The position numbers and the translations under genes are program-made. From Chrysemys picta bellii (taxonomy: Eukaryota), in contig NC_088802.1 of the NCBI RefSeq assembly GCF_011386835.1, forward strand, positions 52,514,001 through 52,578,000: DNA of 64,000 nt. Reading direction: 5' to 3'. The notes below the pieces were generated by a model. The model ran no database searches. It was not told the origin of the DNA and worked only from the letters and a program-made list of their open reading frames with translations. Below, one piece after another: positions 1 through 11,936 of this stretch (the first letter of the stretch is position 1; every line of letters begins with the position of its first letter).

Positions 1-446
1 AATAAATAGTTCTTATTCACCGGAGGAATGAAATACTGAAAGCATGGTTACCATAATGATTTAGGGAAAGGCATGAAAAGTTCTAACAGCTCAACTGTTT
101 GTTTAGCTAACACTCTCTAACAGGCTACAGTTTTTGACACCCACTTTATTGACTGTAGCCTGAAGATTATTAGTAAAAGATGTGCATTCATGAACTGGCT
201 TGATCCAAGCAGAAGGCAGATCTGGGATCTAGAAAGAGATATTTTTACCTCTTCCAGTTTGTCATTGCATCTCTGTAGAGGAATATAGTAAATTTCAGCT
301 GCTACTGTATGATCCACCTTCCTACATATACAAAGCAAAGATTTTCCCTGACCCTGGTTTAACTGATTCATCACATGTGTAAAGCTACTGGATGAAAATG
401 TCACACCTGAGAGAAAATGTTTAGGATGGTTCTGTGTGGAGTATTA

Positions 447-694
447 TAATTATTATTTATAGTACAATGGTGCCTCGCAGTCCCAGAGTTCTCGGCACTG
501 TACAAGCGCATAGTAAGAGACAGTCCAAAGAGTGCACACTCTAATAGATAAGGCAGTAAGAGAATGTGAAGTAGAAGCACAAAGAGGTGAAGTGACTTGC
601 CTTAGGTCACATGGCAGCTTGTAGCAGAACTGACACTTGAACCCAGGGGTCCAACTCCCAGCATAGTGTCCTCTCCACTGCATCATGCTGCCTC
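447..694 (-). mobile_element. MIR/CORE-SINE, old
   Basis: Contains gaggtgaagtgacttgccttaggtcacatggc and cttgaacccagg, the reverse complement of the CORE-SINE core; recognised by eye. Confidence 0.65.
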
Positions 695-784
695 TCTGGC
701 ATATATTAAATTGAAACGGATCTAAATACCAGGGAATGTTCCCTAATAGTGAGGTCTGTTAGACAGCAATAGCCTTCCAAGAGA

Positions 785-1140
785 TGTGGAGAGTGACAGA
801 GTTGTGGGAGCTTTCAGGTGAGCCAGCACTCTGATCACTTAAGCCCCAGTCAGTTCCCACCCCCAGTGAAGGCTGATCGGGGATATGCAGCTAATTAGCT
901 GATTAGGCTGGGATAGCTGATGAACCAATTAGCCTATCAGCTGAGGGGTATTAGAAAGACACAAGAAGGAAGTGCGGGAGAGAGGACCTGGACTAGTTGA
1001 GCCCAGTATGTTCAGAGATCTCAGGGCAGGGAGACCTCTGTTCTTCTCTGGCCTGAGGAAAAGGGCTAAAGATAGAGAAGTGCTGTAAATAATTTACTGC
1101 ATGAGACTGTATTAGTGTTGGTGATGGGAATGCAAATGAA
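785..1140. mobile_element. LTR-like repeat (possible solo LTR)
   Basis: Composition and motifs (agctgatt/aattagc repeats, purine-rich R-like tract) resemble reptile solo LTRs; ends and TSD not resolved. Confidence 0.3.
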
Positions 1141-1159
1141 TCACACTAAGTTGCTACTT

Positions 1160-2290
1160 ACTGGACAGAGTATAAGAGGTTTCTGGGGCATCAGAGGATA
1201 GGGGATGGAGCACATGCCATGACATGAAGGATGCACCATTTTTTGAGTCATTTAGAAGAAGTAGTAGGTGAGGAACAGTGCATTGATGCTCAATTGATGC
1301 TCCAACAGTTGATGGAAAAAAGAGAGGATGGGGATTAAAGATGTTTGCTATTTTCATAGACTTCTTGAAGGCATTTGATTCAGTTTGGAGCATTATGGAA
1401 AGTAACAAAATCATATGGAATTCCAGATAAGATAATTGCAATTATAAAAGCTACGCATGAAAACTCCTGCAGAGCTGTAAGATTGGGTGGAAAATTATGC
1501 AACTAGTTCAAGGCAAAGTTTGTTTAAGACAAGGGGGCATGGAATCACCATTGTTTTTCATTGTGTTCTTAATCTGCACATTAAGAATTTTAGATGAGTT
1601 GGAGAGCATGACATTGGATGATCTCGAATTTAGCTCCTTCGCTTATGCAGCTGACATCGTACCACTGGTAGACATGTTTGAATTAATGCTGATTCTCTTT
1701 GCTACCTTGGAAAATTGGTGTAGTTGACTTAGATTTACCATAATTGCTAAGAAGATAAAATGGTTGTATCTTGGAAAAGGGACAATAGATGAAGTGTTGA
1801 AATGCAGAAGTAGTTAAGATGTAGAACAAGTAGAAGCTTACGTATACCTAGGAAACTTGATTGGTGCTAAATGGTTCCATCAAGGATAAGGTTAAAAGGA
1901 GACATGCTTTACAGAAATTAATAAAATTATGGAGTGATAAAAAACATTTCATTTGGTACAAAAGTGAAAATTTATCAAACCAGCATACTAACGGTATTAC
2001 TGTATGGTCTGAAGGCAGCTACATTATGTGAAATAGACATAAAAAATCTGGAGGCAGTAGAGATGAGAGTTCTTGGAAAGTTGACAGTTGTAAATTGGAA
2101 GATTTTAAGACAAATGAAGAAGCTAGAAGGAGAGTAGGATGTGAAATGAAGGTAAAGGATTGGCTAGAGTAGGAAAGATTATGATGGTGGGGACACTGCA
2201 GAAGCCAAACAGTTGATAGGACACATGACATAGAGGCCAATCACCATGAAGAGACTTTGTATGTAAGGTCATAACCGGACTGCGCTTAGT
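1160..2290 (+). mobile_element. Fossil RTE-clade LINE, RT and C-terminal region
   Basis: Translated motifs FIDFLKAFDSV (~1350-1385), LRQGGMESPLFF and FAYAADI (degenerate YADD), then TKVKIYQTSILTVLLYG...LEAVEMRVL typical of RTE C-termini; many stops and frameshifts. Confidence 0.75.
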
Positions 2291-2342
2291 GGTGAAACAA
2301 TCCATGAATGACAAAATTGCATTAGTCACTGTGTCTGCAGAG

Positions 2343-2553
2343 TATCAGAGGGGTAGCCGTGTTAGTCTGGATCTGCAAAAAGCAACAGAGAGTCCTGTGG
2401 CACCTTTAAGACCAACAGATGTATTAGAGCATAAGCTTTCGTGGGTGAATGCCCACTTCGTCAGATGTGCATGCATCCAACGAAGTGGGCATTCACCCAT
2501 GAAAACTTATGCTCTAATACATCTGTTGGTCTTAAAGGTGCCATAGGACTCTC
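2343..2553. mobile_element. Penelope-like element 3' terminal repeat in inverted (head-to-head) duplicate
   Basis: tatcagaggggtagccgtgttagtctgg matches the reverse complement of a turtle-type PLE 3' end; 2385-2467 is mirrored by 2471-2556; flanked by direct repeat tctgcagag (2334-2342 and 2558-2566). Confidence 0.8.
2429..2467 (-). ncRNA. Minimal type I hammerhead ribozyme motif within PLE repeat
   Basis: Minus strand reads cat-CTGACGA-a-gtggg-cattca-cccac-GAA-AGCT-T-atg: canonical CUGANGA and GAAA core, 5-bp stem II, palindromic AGCU stem III, CAU/AUG stem I. Confidence 0.55.
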
Positions 2554-2822
2554 TGTATCTGCAGAGATACTTTTGGGATGAAGCAAGATAACAAGATTGA
2601 TTGAAACACAGAAGAATATACTGGAGGAAGCAATCCTGCATTGTCAGTAGGGGAAATGAAGTGGGTGGCCTAGCAGGTCTTTCCATTTCTATATTTTTAT
2701 TATCCTATTAGAAATCTTCACAACAATTTTCTGTATGAATCATACACTACATATTTACAGTGCTGCAGTTAACTCACATATAAAAGTTATGTAGCAACAA
2801 AGAAAAAGCTCGTGCCACTCAC

Positions 2823-2882
2823 CTCGGCTATTTGTAACAAAGGAAAACACAAGCCTTCCACCAAAGTATTCACTAATGCTAA
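2823..2882 (-). CDS. Candidate internal exon, unidentified gene (LALVNTLVEGLCFPLLQIAE)
   Basis: cactctgcag acceptor, GAG|gtgagt donor, 60 nt open in phase 0-0; no homology recognised. Confidence 0.2.
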
Positions 2883-3462
2883 CTGCAGAGTGCAGTAAAC
2901 TGCTGTCTAGTTATTGGATTATATGAAGGGACTTGTATGTTCCCATTCCACTTAACAGATTACACATTTTCAAGGGAAAAAACGTGTTGTATACACTAAA
3001 AGGTTATGTAGTAACATGGGTCTTTATGAGTGTGTGCGCTCAGCTGCAAGAAGGCAATTAGTGGAGAGCCGTACTAGAACAGCCAGATAGAACACTAAAC
3101 TATCTGATCTCATTTGCATTGTTGTAAGTCAGGGTTAACTCCATTGAAGCCAATGGCGCTACACCAGTATGAAAAATATGTGAGAAGAGAGTTGGCCCTG
3201 GGATTTCATGGGCCTCCGGAAAGGTTCCAGGGGTGGACCCCTGGATAAGTATCCAGTAGTCTGGTGTTTATCAAGATTTCTCTGATGTGCCTGATTCCAG
3301 AAGATTGCCTAGAAGATCTCACCCAAAAATCGGTTTGGTGAAATTTCCACTGGTTCCACTTTCGATTCTGGCTAAGAATGTCAGAACAGTTGCCTTTCTT
3401 GTGATACTTAGAAACCTCTGATTCCAAACCTAGCAGGACCCCGTAAGAGAAAATGAAAACAC

Positions 3463-3484
3463 AAATAAATAAATAAATAAATAA
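3463..3484 (+). repeat. (AAAT)n microsatellite
   Basis: Direct reading. Confidence 0.9.
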
Positions 3485-4293
3485 AATTAAACTCCCCAGA
3501 TCCAAAAGTTTCAAATGCTTAAAGCTTTGTTTCAGTTTCTTAACGTCTGACTAAAAGCTCATTAAAGTCACTAGAAAGAGCCTCATTGACTTCAATGGGC
3601 TTCAGATTTTTGGATCATATCCTAAGATTTTAAGCTGGCTGGGGTTAGGACCATGACTACTGTGTTTGGGACATGTTAGGACATGACTCTGTGTTTATTC
3701 AGTTTTTAGTACATGAGGGGCTCTGTTCCTGATTCAGAGGCTGTCATAATATAAATATAACATAAACTGTACTTCTAATAAATCGGTGAATCTTTGGAAT
3801 TCAGGTATTATTATGGACTGATTCATACCTTCTTCTCTACACTGAAACTGGCTGAATAGAGGGGAAGTTGCTTACTTTATCGCTCACTGCCATTCAGAAT
3901 GCACTCCCAGTCAAACGTCCCTTACACAACATGAAGGGTGAGAATGAATTTATACCGCTCTTTTGAGTCCACTTTCTTTCTTCCTCCTCTCCTGGACGTT
4001 CCTTAAGATACTTGATGTTAATAAGGGCTGGAACTAAAGAAGAAATCATTTCGCTGAAGTTCACATCGTGCAGTTGTTCAGCTGATATCATCTAACACAG
4101 GATGCCAAACAGATGCCCTGACAAACAAGACGGGTGGCTCAGTCTGGTAACACCAGGACATTAGAGAGTGGTGTCCTGTACCCTCTGAGCGTTTGAAAGT
4201 TCACATGGTTATTGCAAGACATGTAGAAATCCTGCCAGGAATAACTCATGTGTGCAGATGCCCCTCAGGACGGATACAGAAATAAGCACAGAG

Positions 4294-4313
4294 TCTCTCT
4301 CTCTCTCTCTCTT
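4294..4313 (+). repeat. (TC)n microsatellite
   Basis: Direct reading. Confidence 0.9.
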
Positions 4314-6159
4314 TGTAAACAAGAGGGGGTAATGGGACTGGGAGGAGGGGAGAGAGGCATGCAGGGTATTTGTCACACAGCCTGCAAAGCAGAGCTTCTG
4401 GAATTCAGCTCCATCCAAAGAATAAAAATAGACACTAGTAAGCTGGGAGATGCACATTTCACCTAGGAAATCGTAGGGAGAAAAAGTAAGGAAAAGCGGA
4501 TTTAGAGTCAATTTAAACTGGAGGGAGGACATGAGGATGGCAAGAATTTCACTGCAAGACAATAGACGTCTTTCTGGAAATTTTAACTGAGGGTGATGCT
4601 GACCTAACTCTGCTCCCACCTGAATCCATGGCAAAGCTCCCATTGAGTTCACCACTGAATGCTTTTGGAAATCCCACTGTAAGGATCAATTGTGCCTACT
4701 AGCGCTGGCCTGCTATGGGGGCCCCGTGGCAAACACATTACCCCAGGAAGACCCTTTGTGCATCTATGTAAGAACCTGACAGTATCTGACCCGAAATTAG
4801 CACAATTAGCCACAAGGATTAAAGGGTGTGAAAAGAATACTGCAGATCTCGTACACTTTAGGGAGCTGCTCAAAAGCCCATTGAAGTCAATGTGAGTCTT
4901 TCCACTGACTTCAATAGACTTTGGATCAGGTCCTATGTATGGGATCTCCTGCTGAGGGTTATACTCTGGCATTTGGAGAAATTTGGATTCTGTGAACTAC
5001 CATTGTTAGTCTTTCCCATTTCTAACTACTGTGACCACAAGCCTTGGCAGAGCTGGATATGCAAGGAAGGACAGTGACTGGAATCTGAGGCTCATTTCTT
5101 AACATTGGAAAAGGCAAAGAAGAAAATGCCTATGCCAGAGAAAATATGCAGCACTCAGGAGTCTTGGGCATCGGCTGTGTTGATACATGCCTGCTGCATG
5201 CACACAGTATCCTATATGTATAGTAACAAGTCAAGACAACATATAGTTAGAGTAGCTTTAGTGTCCAAATACCACATCGCTTTACATCACTAAACACTGA
5301 GTAATGCTCCTGCATGTTATGCAATGCTATGAATGATAGCCTGTTATTCTGTACATTGCCAAGTGAAAAACTCTGGATGTTTAGAGCTTTTCTTTTTAAA
5401 AAGCCATTTTACGTGCAGCAAAGTTTGGTTCCCTTTTCATTTACTTCTGCTTTAAATCCGTTTTCTAGAAAAGGGGAGTTAAGTCCTTTGGAAACTGTGG
5501 GCATGAAAAGCCATTCCAAATTTTTACTGTCTGAAGGCGGGAACATGGTAAATAATAGCTCTATTAACTAGGCTGATAGGGAGAGCCAAGTGAATGATTC
5601 ACAATGAATATTTTATCGAGTTAATTTTGCCCCTTTTTCTGCTCGGGGATTTGTTTGTTTTCTCTGTGTACATGCACTTCTCCGACCTCCCCCAAACTCT
5701 ACAGATTGATTGTGAGCGAGTCTTGCAACAGATCAGTGTGTTTTGGTTAGTTGTGAATGGTGGTGTAGGCCACAGGGTCAGAGTGAAATTCCCTGACTGA
5801 ATGACTAGGATAACATCATCTAATAGTTGGGATCCCACCCAGTAGAAGACAGACATGCAAAAAAAAAAAAAAAATAGCCCTTCCATTATGCATCTGATTC
5901 AGTGCCAGCAGCAATCACTGGGGGGGTCCTTTCATTAATTTCAATGGGGGTTGAATTGATCCCTATAATATCAAAGCTCTAAAAACTCCTGATGCATGGC
6001 TTCACACCAAACAACCCTAATTACTTGACTTCCTGCTTGTTGGATGCAGCACTATAGACTGTCAGCCCTCAGTGTGCAGCAAACTATCTGGCTATTCAAA
6101 CAAGCAAATCATCTTGAAACAATAAGCAGCCACTCTCTCCTTGGGGAAGGGAATCAGTG

Positions 6160-6200
6160 TGTGTACTCCTCAGACTAACACGGCCACCACTCTGAAACCT
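6160..6200 (+). mobile_element. Penelope-like 3' terminal remnant
   Basis: gtactcct-cagactaacacggccaccactctgaaac is the same terminal motif as the reverse complement of 2343-2370. Confidence 0.55.
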
Positions 6201-7563
6201 CTCAATTTCAATGCGTGTTTCAGAGTTTGTTGGAGCCTGATTTTTCCAAGACGGGGTTTCTGAGTAATTAATCATTCAATGTGCTTTGCCTATGTGCTCA
6301 ATTTACTCTTTCAATGAAGTGGTCTATGCGTGGGAGTGGTTTGGAACCCTGGGTTTCCCTTTGCTTCTAAAAGTCAAAGATCAAAGCATGCATTAACTGT
6401 ATTGCCAGCTCTACCCTTATACATGCCCAAAATTCTGACCTTTCAATTTTAGTCAACGTACAATGTTCATCCATAGGATCATCTCAGTTCACGATTTATA
6501 CTAAGTCATGTGTCAGTGAGTAGTAAAGGGATTTACAACAGATGTAGGCAGTATACAAACTATTGTAGGTCAAAATAAATTGGAAGCAGAAGTAAATGTA
6601 GTATAAATGAACATACAAGATATTGAGCGGATGCCAGAACATATATGAGATCTAAGTCATTGTTTTCTATATCCAGAGCCAAAAATGTATAACATGCCAG
6701 ACTGGTAAAATTATGAATGAACCATTAAAAATAGTAATCACGTTTGTTAAAGAAAAAGAAATCTGAATGTTATTACTTTGATTAAAGATTAAACTCAACG
6801 TAAATGTCAATGGGAAATGGAAATCTTGCAATAGCTAAGGTGAAATGCAGAGAATTTCCATAGATGTATTCACACAGTGAACCTTATACTCTGGGGAAAT
6901 CTAAACCTTCATCTTCCTTCCAATGTATTTTCCCAGCTCTCCATTTATATATAAACTGGCTGCACTTATGGTTTAAATTCACCCCACAAGACACCACAAT
7001 GTATTTAATTCTTTAGAAATCATAGTGCAAATAAATGATAGGTAAGTATAACACACTGGTCCAACTCTACTGTATAAAGATATGCTTTTAATTATGTGTT
7101 TCTAGTTGCAAACTACATGAGAAATATATGCGTGCTTCTAAGCATCACCTGAATTCCCTCACCACCCCATCCAGTTCACACTTGGAATTTTGCAAATAAA
7201 ACAAACACACCAGAGCTAGGATTGTTGGTTCTTGGCTTTTTCTTTGTGATCAACAGTAAAACAGAAAGCCTTCTGTACGTATCTTCAGTGCATCATGAAA
7301 GCACTGAGTTTTGTGAATTCTGATCTTAGAGACTTCAAATATGTCATCCATCCATTCTTCTCTACATCTTATTTTTTACACTTGAAAAAAAAAACCACTT
7401 AATTAGTGAATGTACTTTTTGGGTCTTGCATTCCCAACACATCGGCAATATTCAGAATTAGGTCAATTAATTGCAAAACTCATTCCTTTGGTTTCCATAG
7501 GAGTCGAGGCCACTCAGCACCCACCAGGATCAGACACAGATGAAAGGTTTCAAAACTATTTTG

Positions 7564-7651
7564 GATCGGGTCCTCATCTGGTGTAAACCCATGTAGCTCT
7601 ATTGACTTCAATGGAGCTGCACTAATTTGTACCAGCAAAGGATCTGACCCC
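7564..7651. repeat. Short hairpin repeat with CATTGA-NN-TCAATG core (representative copy)
   Basis: Core tattgacttcaatgg at 7600-7614 inside imperfect inverted flanks; related cores at 3141, 3584, 4879, 25729 and 54703. Confidence 0.65.
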
Positions 7652-8609
7652 TTGACCTTTATTGACAAAAAATAATCTGCAATCAGTCTGATCCTCAGTA
7701 AAATGACATCCCCACGACTAGGTACAGTTTCCAGATTGATAATTTTGAGTCAAAGTCTGCTCTCAGTTACACTGATGTAAGTTAGGGGTTAGATCTTTAC
7801 CCCTGCTCTGGCCCTTTTACGCCACATGAGACGGCCCAAGTAACATGAAGGGTCTGAAAATGTCCATTTCCATGAAGGGAGTTCATGTGCCTTAGTAGGA
7901 ATACCACCAGGGCAGTGCTGGGGCAGCAGCACGCACGGCTGGAAAGATTCCAGGTAATGCTGTGGATGGCCGGGCAGCTGAGGGAAGCTGTCACAACTTA
8001 GATAGGGCCCCATGGCTTTCAGAGTTATGCTGGGGGCATCTCCGTCCCTGGAGTGGCCCAGAATCAATAGGGAACAAGGAAAGGTGGCTTAAAGCCACAT
8101 CATAGCCCTCCACCCCGTATCCTCCCTAGCCGCGAGTTCTGTGATTAGCCATAACTAAAGACACTGGGCTACACTTGGAGTCTCTGATACCATTTTCCAT
8201 TTCCCTCCTTTTCAGCTGGCTTTGGACTCCGGGTTACACAAAGGGTCTTTCCTCCCTTTCCCCCTCTTTCATTTTATAACGGCATCTAACTGCTGGGGAG
8301 ACTTTTCTCATGAGTTCTATTTCAGTCTCCTTTACCCATCCTTCTAGTTCCTCTCTTGTTTTTTTACATCCACCTTCCTGTCCTGCTCAACACTGCCCTT
8401 CCTCACCTTCCTTCCTGTTTTTGTTTGATGTCACTCATCTGTCATGTCTTGCAGTGACTCTGAGCTTTGGTGGTCTCCGTTTTCTTCTGGGCTGGACATT
8501 TACCCTCTTTGATAAACCGGATAGCACAGTTGTGAATAACAAACCATGGCTGGGCTTTGTAAGAGAGTTTAAAGGAGTTTCACAATGAATTCGGGTACCT
8601 AATTTTCTC

Positions 8610-8835
8610 AGGCCTAATCTATACAGTAAAGATGATTTACCTGCATAAATGTGGGTGCAGGTTTTGATTTTTTTTTTAATTAACGTAGTTGTACTGGTAA
8701 AATTGCTAATCTAGATGCAGTTATACCATTATAAAGGGGTTTATACCTGTATAGATTATTTTGCTTTGACAAACCAGAGTTAGCTATATCTGCATAAACT
8801 CTTTTATATTTGTACAATTGTGTTTACACTAGGTG
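8610..8835. mobile_element. Degenerate Harbinger-like MITE
   Basis: ggcctaatctatac start and internal ctagatgcagttataccattataaag...tgtgtttacactagg motifs resemble turtle PIF/Harbinger MITEs; heavily diverged. Confidence 0.35.
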
Positions 8836-10844
8836 GTGTTTTTTGTTTTGTTCTGATGCTTTAACATACTAAAGTGGCAAAACTTGAGGATACACAGGGC
8901 CTTAGCTTCTTTTGAAAATCCCAGCACCTACTTTTTGCTCTCTGGCTCCTACAAAATGCAATTTGAGTTTCACTAATTTCAAAAAGAATAATTTGAATTG
9001 GAAAGAATAAGCAACCGGAAAGATGTAATGAATCAGATATGCTAATATCAGCTACCAGCCTACTAATCAAATCACTGGCTGTCAGTCAGGAGGGTGGGAG
9101 TAGGTGGAAGGTGGTGTTGCTTTCACAGCAAAAGCGAAATCCAAGGAGATACACTGCAAACTGCTCTTTTATGCCACTTTTACTGGATGATCCAAAGCTT
9201 CTTTACATTCCTCATTAAATAATCTAAATAGGCAAAACTTCTGTTCAGCTGGAGAAGCATAGAAAATAAAGGATGTCTTCAGTGTAGCTTCAGAAATGGC
9301 ATCTAGACCAAACCGAGGAGTGAATTCCCGGCCGGAGGATCTGAAAGCTGGGCTATGCATACACATTCATTTCTTATTGTGGGACTGTCCGGGAGATCCA
9401 GACCGCTGGCACTGCACTGGGAACACAGGTTTACTCATGTGTGCTGGGCTCTGCACATGGCTTTGTTATTTTAGGGTTGTGCACGAGACCTAGCTTGCTT
9501 ATACTGGTTTGCAGATGTAGGGGTTTAGTCATGAATGTTTGGCAACAGCTGCATGTTTTATCTTCAGAGAAAAGAAACATTGGATATGCAAGAGAAAAGA
9601 TCATGAAATACTTGAGTTTGAAAAATGAATGTTACATGGATTTTGCTATTAGACTACAATAAAAGGACATTTTGCCCCTATCAAATACTGGCATTGTGCT
9701 TTTAAATTCCGTTAGACTATATTGCAGTGTTTAATAGGGTCAGATTATTATCAACCACACCTCAAATAAATCTGCAATTACTGTATCGCTCAGGTGAAAA
9801 TATCTTCAATTCCAATCAGATGCCGATGACGTGACTTTCTGAAAGGACTTTGAATCTGTATTTCCAGAAACACCATACACCCAGTGTTTGCAATATATTG
9901 TTATTTAGCTAATTAAGACTAGTGATTATTGGGGAAAGGGGAAAAACAGGGCATTTTCTAAACTGATCATTCTCTAGAGTGTCCCACCCCCCGCCCAAGA
10001 TCTGCTATAGCAAAAGGATACAGGGCACTATTCAAAAACACATGGATAATGTTGATAAGATCTCCCCTTTTATCTGCAGCTGTTAAAACCAGTAAACATC
10101 TGAAGCTGTCAGTGCATCACCAGCATAGGATGAAACCGTAAATAAAGGAAGCTGACTAATCACTGAAACAAGAAAAAACTTTCTGAAGCAAGGAAATAAC
10201 ACTGGATTTTTGTCCATGTGACTTAAACAGAATAAAGTACAAAACAACAATACACAAATAAAAAAAACCAGCTGAGCCTCATTTGCAATCTTTCTAAGCC
10301 AGATCATTTTAGTCAAACAAGGTGTAGAAACCTAACAAACAAGAGAAACAGAAGCTTGGTGGAAGGGTCGCAGCGTCATTAAAGAAGTTTGCTTTCAGAT
10401 TAGCGGTGATTTCCTTTCAATCTGTTCAGTGTACCTTTTTGACAGGTTACTCTGTCGTGAAAACACCTTTCATTTGTGGGCATGAAAACAGATTGGAATG
10501 CTACTACTGTTTGTAGAGCACATCATCCGTAGATCTGAAACTGCTTCATACAGGTGGATATGCAATTTTAAAGATTTCTTCATCGTCTTTCCGGTGGCCT
10601 TATGCTGTTTGTGGTGGAGGGACAATTCAAAGTGTGGGGAAATAGAACCATTCCCATTCAAATGACAGAATCCCCCAAATATGGCATCCTTGCAAAATAC
10701 AACTGAAATGCAAGGAGTTAAAAAAGCTAGGAACCAAAGTTCTGCGTAGCTGTATTATAGGCATATCCTATAACCCCCACTTGGTTAAGTGTATTAGGTT
10801 GTTTAGCTTTTACTTCATTTCGGGCAATTCTTCTTTATCCCTAG

Positions 10845-10868
10845 GAATCCAGTCCCCTCTTGCAGCAG
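10845..10868 (+). CDS. Candidate 24-nt mini-exon
   Basis: ttctttatccctag acceptor and CAG|gtatgt donor; open in all three frames; could be a pseudo-exon. Confidence 0.15.
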
Positions 10869-11209
10869 GTATGTTGTTTGTCACCTGATGCCTTTTATTC
10901 CAAGATGACATCATTTTGGTAGATCTCTTGTCATTAGAAAAAAAATGCAACGATATAGTGATATTAATGAGAACTCAAAGATGTGCAATAGAGAGCATTT
11001 GGGAGACAAAGGATTCTAAAAGCAGTCATGTGTTAATTAAACAATCATTAGTGCTGTAAGAGTTACTTGGTAAGAGGGTGTTTTATCTTTTTCTTTCTGG
11101 GTGTCTATCTTTCTTTCAACCTGGATACTCTTTGATGAGTTGTGCAATCCTAGCAGGTGCTGTTCAAATCAATGCACTAAAAACTTGACCTACAACATTC
11201 TCCCCTAAT

Positions 11210-11574
11210 TAGAGCTGGGTGGGAATGGGACTTCGCTGCTTCACAGGAAATTCCCTGTTTTCAATTTTTCCGTTCTGAAGCAGAACAAACAAAATAAAAG
11301 ACATTTCCCATGAAACAGAATCCCGATGACAAAAGTTGTTGACATTAATTGGAAAAGTTTATTCTGATAAAATGGAAATGTTTCATCCTGATTTTGACTT
11401 TATTAATTATTAACATATGATATTAAAAGAAAAATGGAAATGAAGTCATTTCAAAACAGAAAATTCAAATGTTTCTTTCAATCAATTTTGTTGAAATCTA
11501 CACATTTCCACGGATGGATGAATAAGTATTTTCCAACAGAAAAAGTTCCATTGGAAAATTTCCAACCAGCTCTA
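11210..11574. mobile_element. AT-rich non-autonomous DNA element with TAGAGCTGG termini
   Basis: Left tagagctgggtggg and right ccaaccagctcta form TIRs; flanks cccctaat/ttgctaat could be a decayed 8-bp TSD. Similar segments lie near 23.8-24.1, 27.1-27.5, 33.3-33.6, 54.0-54.2 and 59.0-59.3 kb. Confidence 0.6.
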
Positions 11575-11585
11575 TTGCTAATATA

Positions 11586-11765
11586 CACGTCTACCCCGAT
11601 ATAACGCGACCCGATATAACACGAATCCGGATATAAAGCAGCACTCCGGGGGGGTGGGGCTGCGCACTCCGGCCGATCAAAGCAAGTTCGATATAACGCA
11701 GTTTCATCTATAACGTGGTAAGATTTTTTGGCTCCTGAGGACAGCGTTATATCGGGGTAGAGGTG
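11586..11765. mobile_element. Tc1/mariner-pogo (Tigger-like) MITE
   Basis: TIR cacgtctaccccgatataacgc / gcgttatatcggggtagaggtg flanked by TA on both sides. Confidence 0.85.
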
Positions 11766-11856
11766 TAGTGGGGAACAGAACGCAGGTTTCCAGAGTCTTG
11801 TGCTTTACCCGACAGACCATGTTGGGTCTGTACAGGAAAGCACCATTATTAGCTAC

Positions 11857-11936
11857 CTGATTAACATCCCACTCAATAACATTTCCAAATTTATTGAGTG
11901 CAGCATGGTTCGAGGTCTTCGTTGTTTGCACGTTCA
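11857..11936 (-). CDS. Candidate internal exon (NVQTTKTSNHAALNKFGNVIEWDVNQ)
   Basis: ag acceptor after a pyrimidine-rich tract, CAG|gtagct donor, open phase 1 to 0; no homology recognised. Confidence 0.2.

Noticed and set aside
9185-9350. AEQKFCLFRLF resembling the USP32 EF-hand region
   Set aside because: Short resemblance, weak donor (gtaaaa) and an equally plausible alternative frame.
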